From: a bacterium
GTDB lineage: Bacteria; SAR324; XYD2-FULL-50-16; G965216635
Direction: 5' to 3'
Length of the DNA: 64,000 nucleotides
NCBI GenBank assembly: GCA_965216635.1
Contig: OZ244188.1
Coordinates: 544,001-608,000 of the forward strand
Below, in pieces: positions 29,319-39,493 of this stretch. The notes below the pieces were generated by a model that did not search any database, had not been told where the DNA came from, and saw nothing but the letters and a program-made list of their open reading frames with translations. A program made the translations under genes and the position numbers. The stretch's first letter is position 1. Every line of letters begins with the position of its first letter.

Positions 29319-29693
29319 ATGAGTAAAAAATACACAAATAAACACGAATGGGTAGAACAGGTGGAAGGGAATATTTGGAGAGTAGGCATTAGCGACTACG
29401 CTCAAGATCAACTCGGAGATATAGTCGTTGTAGAATTGCCTGAAGTAGGTGATAAAATCACTCTCGGAAAAGATTGTGCTGTGATTGAATCTGTTAAAGC
29501 AGCGAGCGATATTTATGCTCCTTTGAGCGGTGAAATACACAAAATCAATGATGCTCTAGAAGGCGAACCTGCATTAGTCAATCAAGAACCAGAAGGTAAA
29601 GGTTGGCTTTTAGAAATTAAAATTTCTGATGAAAGTGAAATGAAAGATTTGATGAATGAAGAGGATTATAAAACTTTTGTAGAAGGGTTATGA
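29319..29693 (+). CDS. gcvH: Glycine cleavage system H protein
   Basis: HEWV, GISDYAQDQLGD and IESVKAASD lipoyl motif; ATG 29319. Confidence 0.97.
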   Translation: MSKKYTNKHEWVEQVEGNIWRVGISDYAQDQLGDIVVVELPEVGDKITLGKDCAVIESVKAASDIYAPLSGEIHKINDALEGEPALVNQEPEGKGWLLEIKISDESEMKDLMNEEDYKTFVEGL

Positions 29694-32600
29694 TGCCAGA
29701 ATTGATGGAAAAAACAGCATTACTGGAAAAATCTGCCCGCAAAAAATTTTCTCCTGAAGCTGACTTCCCAAGTAGACACTGTGGGCTTTCTGAATCCGAT
29801 ACAAAAATCATGCTCAAGCAACTAGAAGTTGCTTCGTTAGAAAAATTAGGAGAAAAAATTATTCCAACGAATATTTACTCTGACAATGCACCAGATTTAG
29901 GAGATGCACTCAACGAACACGAAGCACTAGCCCAGTTACGAGTATTTGCTCGGAAAAATAAACCTGCAATAAGTATGATAGGTTTAGGTTATTATGGAAC
30001 AGAAGTGCCTCCAGTAGTGTTGCGTAAACTACTAGAAAATCCAGCTTGGTATACTGCTTATACTCCCTATCAAGCAGAAATCTCGCAAGGGAGATTGGAA
30101 ATGTTACTCAATTTCCAGACTATGATCTCCGATCTCACAGGTCTACCTATGGCAAATGCTTCTCTTTTAGATGAGGCTACAGCCGCTGCAGAAGCTATGA
30201 CTCTTTTGCATCGTATGCAAAAAAAAAAAACAGCCTACCAATGTTTAGTAGATGAAAATCTATTTTTCCAAACTTTAGATGTTCTAAAAACCAGGGCAGA
30301 GGCTTTAGAAATAAAACTAATTATCACTGCAACAGAAAATTTCACAAAAAATCTTAATCAGACAGAGGATATATTTGGCGCCTTAATTGGCTATCCATCA
30401 GGCGACGGCAAAATTCAAGAGCATACAAAACTAATTTCTACTTTAAAAGAAAAAGGAGTAGCCGCAGCTTGTGTTACAGATTTATTAGCTTTGATGCTTT
30501 TGCAACCTCCAGCAACTATGGGTTTTGATATAGCCGTTGGATCTTCTCAGAGGTTTGGTGTGCCTATGGGCTTTGGAGGTCCACACGCTGCTTTCATTTC
30601 TTTTCGTGAAAACTATGCTCGCTATGTTCCAGGTAGAATTGTAGGTGTTTCTAAAGATAAAAAAAATCGTGTAGGCTACCGCTTGGCTTTACAGGCTCGC
30701 GAACAGCATATTCGTAGAGAAAAGGCTACAAGCAATATTTGTACAGCTCAAGCTCTACCCGCTATGGTAGCTGTTGCTTATGCAATTTATCAAGGACCCC
30801 GTAGATTGAAAGCTATTGCAAAAAGAGCCAACGCACTAGCAGAAATTTTAGCTCAAGGTTTGCTGCAGTTAGGTTTTTCGGTAAAAAACGCGTGCTTTTT
30901 TGACACGATTAGAGTTTTGGTTCCTGAAAATCAAGCAGCAAGAATTGTGAAAGAGGTCTATAACAAATCTTGTATTAACCTATTTTTAGAGTCCGATGGT
31001 GTAGTGGGTATTAGCACAGATGAAATGACTCTTCCAGAACACATAGAAGCTATATGGGATGTTTTTGCCAAAGTCCATTCCTATACAGGAAAGTCAGATT
31101 CTACTAAGTTAGATTCTGCCAAGTTAGATTTTGCCAAGTTAGATTTTGCCAAGTTAGATTTTGAAGCTATTTCTAAAAAAACAAAACCTTCCATTCCAGA
31201 AAATTTAAAACGGAAAAGCGAACCACTTTTGAACGAAGTATTCCGTTTGTTTCACACCGAGCACGAAATGTTGCGTTACCTCAGGAGAATGGCAGATAAG
31301 GATATTTCGCTCAACCGTTCTATGATTGCCTTAGGTTCTTGCACTATGAAATTGAATGCCACTACAGAAATGATACCTATTACTTGGAATGAATTTGCCA
31401 ATGTCCATCCTTTTGCTCCAGTAGAACAGGTTCAAGGTTATTTAGAAGTATTGGGTGATTTTTCTCGCTTACTAGCAACAGTCACAGGATTTCATTCTGT
31501 CTCTTTACAACCCAACGCTGGTTCTCAAGGCGAATTTGCAGGACTTTTGACAATCCGCAGATTTTTAAAAAGCAAAGGAGAAAATAAAAGAAATATTTGT
31601 TTAATTCCAGCTTCTTCGCACGGCACAAACCCCGCTAGTGCTGTAATGGCTGGGATGAAAGTTGTGCCTGTAGAAATAGACAGTTCGGGACAGGTATCTC
31701 TGGAAGATTTGATTTTAAAAACGGAAACGCACAAAGAAAACTTAGCAGCTTTGATGATAACCTACCCTTCTACTTGCGGAGTTTTTGGATCTCAAATTAC
31801 TAAGTTGTGTGAAATCGTGCATCAAGCAGGAGGGCAAGTTTATATGGATGGAGCTAATCTCAATGCGATGGTGGGACTTACCTACCCCGGAAAATTTGGA
31901 CCTGATGTGATGCATATAAACCTACACAAAACTTTCTGTATCCCTCACGGTGGAGGAGGTCCGGGTATGGGACCTATTGCCGTAGCCGAACATCTTGCAG
32001 ATTTTTTACCAAATCATTCGGTTCATAGTTTAAACAATGAGCCCAAAAACAGTGAGCCCATAAAAAAAGGCAGTGGAGCTATTTCTGCTACTCCCTTTGG
32101 TTCTAGTATGATACTTTTGATTTCTTGGCTTTATATTCGTATGATGGGTGGCGCTGGTTTGCGTAAAGCCACCTTAAACGCACTACTATCCGCTAATTAT
32201 ATTGCCTCTTCGCTCAAAGATAAATTTCCTCTGCTTTACTGCAGTAAAGCAGGTTTTGTAGCTCACGAGTGTATTTTGGATACAAGAGGATTTAAGAAAA
32301 CCACAAATGTCACTGTAGAAGATATTGCAAAAAGATTGATGGATTTCGGCTATCACGCCCCTACAATATCTTGGCCCATTGCAGGAACTATGATGATAGA
32401 GCCTACAGAATCTGAAGCAAAAGTGGAGCTAGACTGTTTTTGTAGTGCAATGCTTAGTATCTATAAAGAAATCCAAAAAATAAAAAAAGGAGAATGGACT
32501 AAAGAAGACAATCCTCTCCATAATGCACCGCACATTGCAGAAGATATAATTGTGGATAATTGGGAACACTCTTATAGTCGTTCTGAAGCAGTTTTTCCTA

Positions 32601-32710
32601 CAAAAGAAGTGCTTGGTGACAAATATTGGCCCCCCATAGGAAGAATTGACGCTGCTTTTGGAGATAGGAATTTAATCAGCACTCGTCCAGAACCAGAGAA
32701 TAAATGCTAA
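29690..32710 (+). CDS. gcvP: Glycine dehydrogenase (decarboxylating), single chain
   Basis: YTPYQAEISQGRLE, REKATSNICTAQ and HINLHKTFCIPHGGGGPG. Confidence 0.97.
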   Translation: MMPELMEKTALLEKSARKKFSPEADFPSRHCGLSESDTKIMLKQLEVASLEKLGEKIIPTNIYSDNAPDLGDALNEHEALAQLRVFARKNKPAISMIGLGYYGTEVPPVVLRKLLENPAWYTAYTPYQAEISQGRLEMLLNFQTMISDLTGLPMANASLLDEATAAAEAMTLLHRMQKKKTAYQCLVDENLFFQTLDVLKTRAEALEIKLIITATENFTKNLNQTEDIFGALIGYPSGDGKIQEHTKLISTLKEKGVAAACVTDLLALMLLQPPATMGFDIAVGSSQRFGVPMGFGGPHAAFISFRENYARYVPGRIVGVSKDKKNRVGYRLALQAREQHIRREKATSNICTAQALPAMVAVAYAIYQGPRRLKAIAKRANALAEILAQGLLQLGFSVKNACFFDTIRVLVPENQAARIVKEVYNKSCINLFLESDGVVGISTDEMTLPEHIEAIWDVFAKVHSYTGKSDSTKLDSAKLDFAKLDFAKLDFEAISKKTKPSIPENLKRKSEPLLNEVFRLFHTEHEMLRYLRRMADKDISLNRSMIALGSCTMKLNATTEMIPITWNEFANVHPFAPVEQVQGYLEVLGDFSRLLATVTGFHSVSLQPNAGSQGEFAGLLTIRRFLKSKGENKRNICLIPASSHGTNPASAVMAGMKVVPVEIDSSGQVSLEDLILKTETHKENLAALMITYPSTCGVFGSQITKLCEIVHQAGGQVYMDGANLNAMVGLTYPGKFGPDVMHINLHKTFCIPHGGGGPGMGPIAVAEHLADFLPNHSVHSLNNEPKNSEPIKKGSGAISATPFGSSMILLISWLYIRMMGGAGLRKATLNALLSANYIASSLKDKFPLLYCSKAGFVAHECILDTRGFKKTTNVTVEDIAKRLMDFGYHAPTISWPIAGTMMIEPTESEAKVELDCFCSAMLSIYKEIQKIKKGEWTKEDNPLHNAPHIAEDIIVDNWEHSYSRSEAVFPTKEVLGDKYWPPIGRIDAAFGDRNLISTRPEPENKC

Positions 32711-33195
32711 GAATACACGATGTTACGGAAAAAGATTTGCCTGCTATACTAGAAATCTATAACCAGATTATCCGAGATACAAAAGCAGTTTGGAAAACCC
32801 AAGAAACTGATTTAGCAGAAAGGAAAGTCTGGTTTGAAAAACTAAAAAAAGATGGTTTCCCAGTTATTCTTGCAGAAAAACAAAAAAAAATAGTAGGTTT
32901 TTGTTCTTTAAATCATTTTAGAGTAGGAGAAAGTTATTTTACTACAGCAGAACATACCGTGCATGTCTGTACAAATTATAGAAATCAAGGTATAGGTAAG
33001 GAGTTGATGAAACAAATTATCTTAAAAGCAAAACAGATAAAATTGCATTGTATAGTAGGCGGTATTGATAGTTCAAACCAAGTGGCTCATAAACTTCACC
33101 AATCCCTTGGCTTTCAAAATTGTGGAGAATTGCCAGAAGCAGGAAAGAAATTTGGAGAATGGCTCAATCTTACTTTTTATTGTCTTATTCTGTAG
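32704..33195 (+). CDS. GNAT N-acetyltransferase (PAT/YncA-like)
   Basis: ILEIYN, RNQGIGK, LHQSLGF and GKKFGEWL. Confidence 0.88.
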   Translation: MLRIHDVTEKDLPAILEIYNQIIRDTKAVWKTQETDLAERKVWFEKLKKDGFPVILAEKQKKIVGFCSLNHFRVGESYFTTAEHTVHVCTNYRNQGIGKELMKQIILKAKQIKLHCIVGGIDSSNQVAHKLHQSLGFQNCGELPEAGKKFGEWLNLTFYCLIL

Positions 33196-33229
33196 AAATG
33201 TTATCTTTCTTGATTTCAATTCTTTAAAT

Positions 33230-33467
33230 AAGACTGTTGCACTTTAGCATTATAGGAAAGCTAGACAAGGCGCGAAAATTTTTTACCCAAGAGGAATACT
33301 GAAGTATTTTGAGTAATAAAAAAACTTGATCAACAGCGTAGTGCCACAATAATGGGATCAGGGCACTACAAAACTAGAGCAAGACCACAAATAGACTGCA
33401 AAAGCCTGTATAAAGTGAACGCAGTAAGCCTGTTTTGCTGAACTAGAATGTCTAATTCAATAGTCTC
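33230..33467. mobile_element. RPE/MITE-like element
   Basis: Shares gcattataggaaagctagacaagg and gaactagaatgtctaattcaatagtctc with other copies. Confidence 0.65.
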
Positions 33468-33477
33468 TTTAAACGTT

Positions 33478-35718
33478 ATGCAAAAAAACAGTCTTTATAC
33501 AGACTACATTAGTGAAAAAAACGGCTTATCTTCGGCTCAACTTTATCTCAAAGGAATCCATTGCGCAGCTTGTATCTCCAAAATAGAAACCAGCCTCAAA
33601 AGTTTTACTGCGATTAAAAGTTTGGCAATTAATCTAAGCGATAAAAAAGCAAATATACAGTGGGAGAGCAAAGATCTTACTTTAGACGCCATCATTTCAG
33701 CGGTTGAAAAAACAGGTTATCAAGGCATACCTTACCGTAGTTCTAAGTTAGAGCAGATAATTCAGCAAGAATGGAAAACCCAAAAACAAAGATTTACTGT
33801 AGCTGCTTTTTGCACTATCCCAGTAATGCTGATTTCTCTTGTCTTAGGTTTAAAGTTGTTTGGAGAAATCCATTCTAGTTTAGAGATAAAACTGCAATAC
33901 AGTGCGATGTTCCTTACGTTACCTGTCTTATTTTATAGTGGTTATTCTTTCATTCAAAGTGCTTGGAAAAATCTCAAAAAAGCTAGTATTGGGATGGATT
34001 TTCAAATCGCTTTCAGTTCTTTGTTGATGTTTTTTTACAGTCTTTATAGTTTATTGTTCGGCGATAAGGTTGCCTATTTTGAAGCTGTAGCTATGTTTAT
34101 TACTTTTATTTTAGCAAGCCAGTTATTAGAGAGAACTTCTTTAAAAAAGATGAGTAATATTTCCAATCTTTTATCTTGGGATATGCCACTATTTGGTAGA
34201 TTGATAAAGAAAAATAAAAGAGAAACTATTCCAGCACACCAAATCCAAGTAGGGATGCAGTTGGAAGTATTGCCCGGAGAAAAGGCACCAGCCGATGGGA
34301 ATTTGTTAGATAAACAAGCAAGTTTAGACGAATCCTCTATTACGGGTGAATATATGCCCGTAGTCAAAAAAAAAAAACAGAATATTTATTCAGGAAGCTT
34401 AAACCTTGGAGCAGTTTTTCGTTACGAGGTAAAAAAGACTAGCGAGGAATCTACAATGAGTAAAATTTTAAAACTTATGGATAATGCTTTACAGAAAAAA
34501 ACTCATTTCCAAGAAAAGCTAAATTTTTTTGGAAAACATTTCACCAATATTATCGCATTACTTTCTATTTCATCGTTTTTGATTTGGTATTTCATTTTGT
34601 CTTCAGGTTGGGAGCAAGCGGCGCTCGTTGCGATAAGTGTGTTTATTATTTCTTGTCCCTGCGCTTTAATTATTGCAACTCCTCTGGGATTTCAAGTGGG
34701 TTTATCAAAAGTTGCCAAGTATAAGGGTATTTTTAAATCCGTGCAAACTTTTGAAATGATTCCAAAAATAGACACTGTGATTTTTGATAAAACAGGCTCA
34801 CTGACGCAAGGCAAACCTAGAGTAGTGCAAGAGTTCTCTAAAAATCTAATCAATAAAAAAATTCTCTACTCTCTTGTATCTGGTTCTATACACCCAGTAG
34901 CCGTTGCCTTAAAAAATCACCTTAAACAAGAAAACCCATCTATAAACCAAATAGCACTAGACTCTCGCAAAGAAATACTTGGACAAGGCTTACTAGCCAC
35001 AATAGACATCGCAGACCAACAAGCAAAAAAAGAGATTTTGGGAGGAAGTCTAAAATTTATGATAGATAATAAAGTTACAGTAGCTAAAGAATGGCAAAAT
35101 TTTATCAAAGAAAAATACGGCACTGTTTTTTTGTTCGCAGTGAATAAGGTTGCTGTTGCCCTTTATTTTTTAGAGGATTCTATTAGAGAAGGAGCAGACA
35201 AATTAATAGAAGAACTAAAAAAAAAAGACTGTTCAATTTATTTATGTTCTGGAGATAGAAAAATGCCTTCCTTAAAATTAGCAAAACAGCTAGGCATTTC
35301 AGAAGATAAGGTTTTGTTTCAACAAAGTCCACAAAACAAATTAGAGGCAATCCAAAAATTGCAGAAGCAATCCAAATTTGTTTTGATGCTAGGAGATGGA
35401 TGGAACGACGCTCCTGCTCTAGCGCAAGCAGATTTGAGTCTTTCTCTAGTTTCAGGAGTAGATGCAACACTAGAAACTGCAGATATTATTCTTTTAACTC
35501 CTGATTTAAGTGAACTTTTATCCTTGTTTAAAATTTCCAGCTCCACCTTAAAACTAGTGCGTCAAAATATTGCTATTTCCATTTTGTATAATATTATAGC
35601 TTTGCCTTTAGCGATCTTTGGGTTGGTTGCACCTTTAGTCGCTGCTCTGTCTATGTCCTTTTCTTCTATGCTGGTTGTGGGTAATTCTTTTTTACACTAT
35701 CACAAAAAAGTTAAATGA
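33478..35718 (+). CDS. Heavy-metal P1B-type ATPase (Cu/CcoI-like)
   Basis: HCAAC HMA domain, TGE, SCPCAL, DKTGSLT, HP and GDGWND. Confidence 0.92.
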   Translation: MQKNSLYTDYISEKNGLSSAQLYLKGIHCAACISKIETSLKSFTAIKSLAINLSDKKANIQWESKDLTLDAIISAVEKTGYQGIPYRSSKLEQIIQQEWKTQKQRFTVAAFCTIPVMLISLVLGLKLFGEIHSSLEIKLQYSAMFLTLPVLFYSGYSFIQSAWKNLKKASIGMDFQIAFSSLLMFFYSLYSLLFGDKVAYFEAVAMFITFILASQLLERTSLKKMSNISNLLSWDMPLFGRLIKKNKRETIPAHQIQVGMQLEVLPGEKAPADGNLLDKQASLDESSITGEYMPVVKKKKQNIYSGSLNLGAVFRYEVKKTSEESTMSKILKLMDNALQKKTHFQEKLNFFGKHFTNIIALLSISSFLIWYFILSSGWEQAALVAISVFIISCPCALIIATPLGFQVGLSKVAKYKGIFKSVQTFEMIPKIDTVIFDKTGSLTQGKPRVVQEFSKNLINKKILYSLVSGSIHPVAVALKNHLKQENPSINQIALDSRKEILGQGLLATIDIADQQAKKEILGGSLKFMIDNKVTVAKEWQNFIKEKYGTVFLFAVNKVAVALYFLEDSIREGADKLIEELKKKDCSIYLCSGDRKMPSLKLAKQLGISEDKVLFQQSPQNKLEAIQKLQKQSKFVLMLGDGWNDAPALAQADLSLSLVSGVDATLETADIILLTPDLSELLSLFKISSSTLKLVRQNIAISILYNIIALPLAIFGLVAPLVAALSMSFSSMLVVGNSFLHYHKKVK

Positions 35719-36107
35719 ACGATAACCAGCTACTCAAAGCAGCTATTCAAGCCTCAGATTTTGCTTATATTCCCTATTCTAAATTTGCTGTGGGAGCGGC
35801 ACTTTTGCTAAAAAACGGCACTGTTATTCAGGGTTGCAATATAGAAAATGCCTCTTACGGTCTTACCAATTGTGCAGAAAGAACAGCTCTATTTAAGGCA
35901 GTATCTTTAGGTTATCGCAAAGAACAAATCAAAAAAATAGCAGTAGTTGCCGACTGCGAAAAAGCAATAGCTCCTTGTGGGGCTTGCCGTCAAGTGATGC
36001 TAGAACTGGCAGAAAAAAATTGTCCCGTAATTTTAAGTAATTTAAAACTTTCAGAAATAATACAGACAACTGTAGGAGAGTTACTTCCCTACTGTTATGA
36101 AGGGTAA
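35715..36107 (+). CDS. cdd: Cytidine deaminase
   Basis: PYSKFAVGAA, NIENASY, CAER and PCGACRQ. Confidence 0.96.
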   Translation: MNDNQLLKAAIQASDFAYIPYSKFAVGAALLLKNGTVIQGCNIENASYGLTNCAERTALFKAVSLGYRKEQIKKIAVVADCEKAIAPCGACRQVMLELAEKNCPVILSNLKLSEIIQTTVGELLPYCYEG

Positions 36108-36126
36108 TTAGAGCCTGTATAAGTTA

Positions 36127-36394
36127 TAGACTATCGTATTTGCGTTCTGTTTAGCCAAAGCAGCGTTAAAATTTTTTTTTAACTCTTGAAATACTCTCTT
36201 ACTGCTATCTATTTCGTAAAGGTTATAGTAAAAGAGCCACTGGCTCTTTTACATTTCTTTTTTGGATTATGCGAGTTTTGTAGTGTTTTTCACTACGATA
36301 TTCCTGCGAGCTAAAAAAAATTTTCGCACCTGTTCTAACCATTTGGCTAGCCGTCACAGCTAGTTTTGTTCTATTTGGCAAATTCAAAGGTCTA
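36127..36394. mobile_element. RPE/MITE-like palindromic element
   Basis: tagactatcgtatttgc...gcaaattcaaaggtcta; internal hairpin taaaagagcca-c-tggctctttta. Confidence 0.75.
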
Positions 36395-36592
36395 TTTAAC
36401 CTGATTTCAAACTAAAAATCTCTTTTTTTTTGGTTGCCTTTTTATTTTTTAGGTGCTATTGACTTTAAAAGGAGGATTTGCCAAAATAAAACAACCAGCT
36501 ATAAAAACCTTATATGGTTTTTGGATGGTTTTTAGATAGATTTTAGGTCTATATTTTCTTTTTATCGTGTTTAATTTAAATTAAAAAACAAA

Positions 36593-38032
36593 ATGCCAAA
36601 TAAAATTACAGGTAAAATTATAGGTAAAATTACTGGTAAAATGCCAAATAAAATTACAAATAAAATTATAGGTAAAATTACTGGTAATATTACTGGTAAA
36701 AATTTTACTGGATCGGGTGCGGGTTCGGTTATGGGTAGGTTTGCGGGTTCGGTTATGGGTAGGTTTGCGGGTTCGGTTATTGGCTCGTTTAAGGGTTCGG
36801 TTATGGGTAGGTTTGCAGGCTTGTTTATGGGGGTGTTTTTCGTGGGTTTGCTTTTTTCTCTTGTAGCAGGGGTAGGAAATTTACAGGCACAGGAGAGACA
36901 GCAGGGTTGGTTTGTGGGTGTTAGTCCTTTTGTGATGGATGTGAAGCTCAAAAAAACAAGCAGGCGAGTAGGTGAGGAAAGGACACAAGTAAGCGAATTA
37001 GTAAGCGAGGATGTAGGTGTTTCTGATGCGAATGCTATTAGCTACGACGCCAATGTGCCTAACTTTGCTTTAAATGCCACACACACAAACCGATTTGGTG
37101 ACGTTCAAGGGAACAACCTAGCAGTTGTTAATACTGCAATCGGTCATGCTATATCCTTGTGTCAGAACGGTGCAATACCCACAACGGATATAGGTACCAT
37201 CTCTTTGGTTAGCTACGACGCAACGGAAAGCTTAACAGATGATCTAAGCCAACTCTTACAAAATACTACACCAACAAAAACAGGCTTATTGCCAAAGGGT
37301 TGTAAAGATTTTTTTGATTCAGAATTACCTGATCCCTCTGCTCCAGTGACAACCGTGCTCCCAGAGTATACAGAAAAAATACAAGACAAAACCACAGAAG
37401 AAACCTCAAAACTCAAGGGAACAGGAATCTCGTTCGGTTTTAACTTTGAAAAATACTCCTTGTCTTTCAACCAACTCCAATGGAGCGCAGGAGACGACAA
37501 GCTGCAAGCCCAGGTGCTCTTAGCCCGTTACTTTCTACCCTACGGTTTTTCTGTAGGAGGGGGTTTAGCGAGTACAAAGCTAGGCACAGTTTTTGGATCG
37601 GCATCGGGCACAGCCCCCGCCTTGCATTTTGGCTACAACCGAGCCATTACAAAAAACCTGCAAGTAGAGGTAGGTTTATTTTGGCTAGGGCTGGATCTTG
37701 CGGTAGCAGATACCCAGATCATTAATTCTGCACCTACGACTACAAATACTACTTCTACTCTACCTACTACTGCTCCTACTATCAAAAGGAGAGCCATCGT
37801 TGGTCTGCAGCGGTTTGGTGGGGAGGCCAAAAATAACTATAATGCATTAAAAGGGACTTCTGGTGGCACTCCCTACGATACTAGAATAGTGGTTACTGCA
37901 ACGATTCCCAGTGGAGTGAGCACAACAACGACTACAAACACTACAAAGACTGTGAGCGGCACTCACCACCAAACCGCAAAAATCAAAAACCCCGCCACCA
38001 TTAGCATAAATTTCATCTGGCGCTTTCGTTAA
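36593..38032 (+). CDS. Putative outer-membrane beta-barrel protein with large loops (paralog of 7862-9292); true start uncertain
   Basis: LQAQE, FVGV, G.SFGFNFEK, VGGGLAS, PALHFGY and C-terminal INFIWRFR. Confidence 0.65.
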   Translation: MPNKITGKIIGKITGKMPNKITNKIIGKITGNITGKNFTGSGAGSVMGRFAGSVMGRFAGSVIGSFKGSVMGRFAGLFMGVFFVGLLFSLVAGVGNLQAQERQQGWFVGVSPFVMDVKLKKTSRRVGEERTQVSELVSEDVGVSDANAISYDANVPNFALNATHTNRFGDVQGNNLAVVNTAIGHAISLCQNGAIPTTDIGTISLVSYDATESLTDDLSQLLQNTTPTKTGLLPKGCKDFFDSELPDPSAPVTTVLPEYTEKIQDKTTEETSKLKGTGISFGFNFEKYSLSFNQLQWSAGDDKLQAQVLLARYFLPYGFSVGGGLASTKLGTVFGSASGTAPALHFGYNRAITKNLQVEVGLFWLGLDLAVADTQIINSAPTTTNTTSTLPTTAPTIKRRAIVGLQRFGGEAKNNYNALKGTSGGTPYDTRIVVTATIPSGVSTTTTTNTTKTVSGTHHQTAKIKNPATISINFIWRFR

Positions 38033-38212
38033 GAGCAAAAAATCTGTAGGGGATGTTTTTTTTCCCCCCAACCTGCAATGCATTGTTTTTCTCTTTACCT
38101 TTTTGTTTTTCATCTGTAAATAATTTCATTAAAAATTGCTTTAATTTTGGCGTAATATTTGTTTTCATTATTTATGAAATTAAGCTAAAATTTTATTACT
38201 TTTCTATCAATA

Positions 38213-39463
38213 ATGAATCAAAAAAAATCTCAAACTTACACACCTCCTAATTTAGTTGCTGGTTTAGATATAGGAACAACTAAAGTTTGTATGGTCGTAG
38301 CCCTAATAGAAGGCAACGAATTAGAAATCATCGGTTCAGCAATGACTCCTTCTGTGGGTTTAAAAAAAGGAAATATAGTCAATCGCGACGCTACCGTTGC
38401 TGCTATTAAGAAAGTTGTAGAAGACTGTTATAAGAAATGTGGCTATAGGGTAGATTCTGTTTGTGTAGGTATTGCTGGAGACCATATTGAAGGAATTAAT
38501 AGCCATGGAGTAGTATCTATTAAAAATGAAGTTATAGATAACAGTGATATTTATCGGGTTATAGATTCTGCGAAACCTGCCTGTCCCGAAGAGAAAAAAC
38601 CCATTCATATACTTTCCCAAGAATATACAGTGGATTATCAGAGCGGTTTTAATGATCCGCAAGGAATTAGTGGTAAAAGATTGGAAGCCAATGTGCATGT
38701 TGTTTTAGCAGCGACTTCAGCTTTAGCAAATATTACAAGAAGTTGTGTGGCGGCTGGTTTGCATGTGGAAAGAATTGTTTTGGAACCCTACGCTTCGGCT
38801 CTGGCGGTTTTAAATGAAGATGAAAAAGAGCTTGGAGTCCTTTTATTAGATATTGGTGGAGGCACAACAGATATGTTAGTCTATAAAAACCAATCTATTC
38901 AGATGAGTAAAATTATTCCCCTTGGGGGCAATAATGTGACTTACGATATTTCGGTGGGTTTAATTACACCTAGAAATTATGCAGAAGAAATTAAGTGTAA
39001 AGAGGGATTTATTCTTACACCCGACATAGATCAAAATGAGATTATAGAGATTACTTCTATCGCAGACCACCCAACTAAGCATGTCTCTAGGAAAGCTTTG
39101 ACAGATATTATTGAACCTAGGTATATGGAAATTTTTGAAACGGCTCAGAGACATCTTCAAATAGAAGGGATAACTTTTCCATCGGGAGTAGTTTTGACTG
39201 GAGGAGGAAGTAGTATTAAAGGATTAAATCACCTAGCGGCAAGAATTTTTGGCACTCATACTAGGACTGGCTACCCCCACGATAAAGTTCAAGGAGCGGA
39301 GGATTTTGTAAAATATCCTTCTTACGCCACTGCAGTAGGTCTTTTGAGATATGTAATACAGAGTGAGAAAGCAGATTTTTCAGAAGAAAATAGTGTAAAA
39401 AATAAAGTGACTAGTCCAGTCCAAGAGAAAGGTTTTTTTGAGTTTATTAAGAAGTTTTTTTAG
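38213..39463 (+). CDS. ftsA: Cell division protein FtsA
   Basis: GLDIGTTKV, LDIGGGTTD, GVVLTGGGS and YATAVGLL. Confidence 0.96.
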   Translation: MNQKKSQTYTPPNLVAGLDIGTTKVCMVVALIEGNELEIIGSAMTPSVGLKKGNIVNRDATVAAIKKVVEDCYKKCGYRVDSVCVGIAGDHIEGINSHGVVSIKNEVIDNSDIYRVIDSAKPACPEEKKPIHILSQEYTVDYQSGFNDPQGISGKRLEANVHVVLAATSALANITRSCVAAGLHVERIVLEPYASALAVLNEDEKELGVLLLDIGGGTTDMLVYKNQSIQMSKIIPLGGNNVTYDISVGLITPRNYAEEIKCKEGFILTPDIDQNEIIEITSIADHPTKHVSRKALTDIIEPRYMEIFETAQRHLQIEGITFPSGVVLTGGGSSIKGLNHLAARIFGTHTRTGYPHDKVQGAEDFVKYPSYATAVGLLRYVIQSEKADFSEENSVKNKVTSPVQEKGFFEFIKKFF

Positions 39464-39493
39464 AGACTTTGCAGTCATTATCATACAAAAGCA

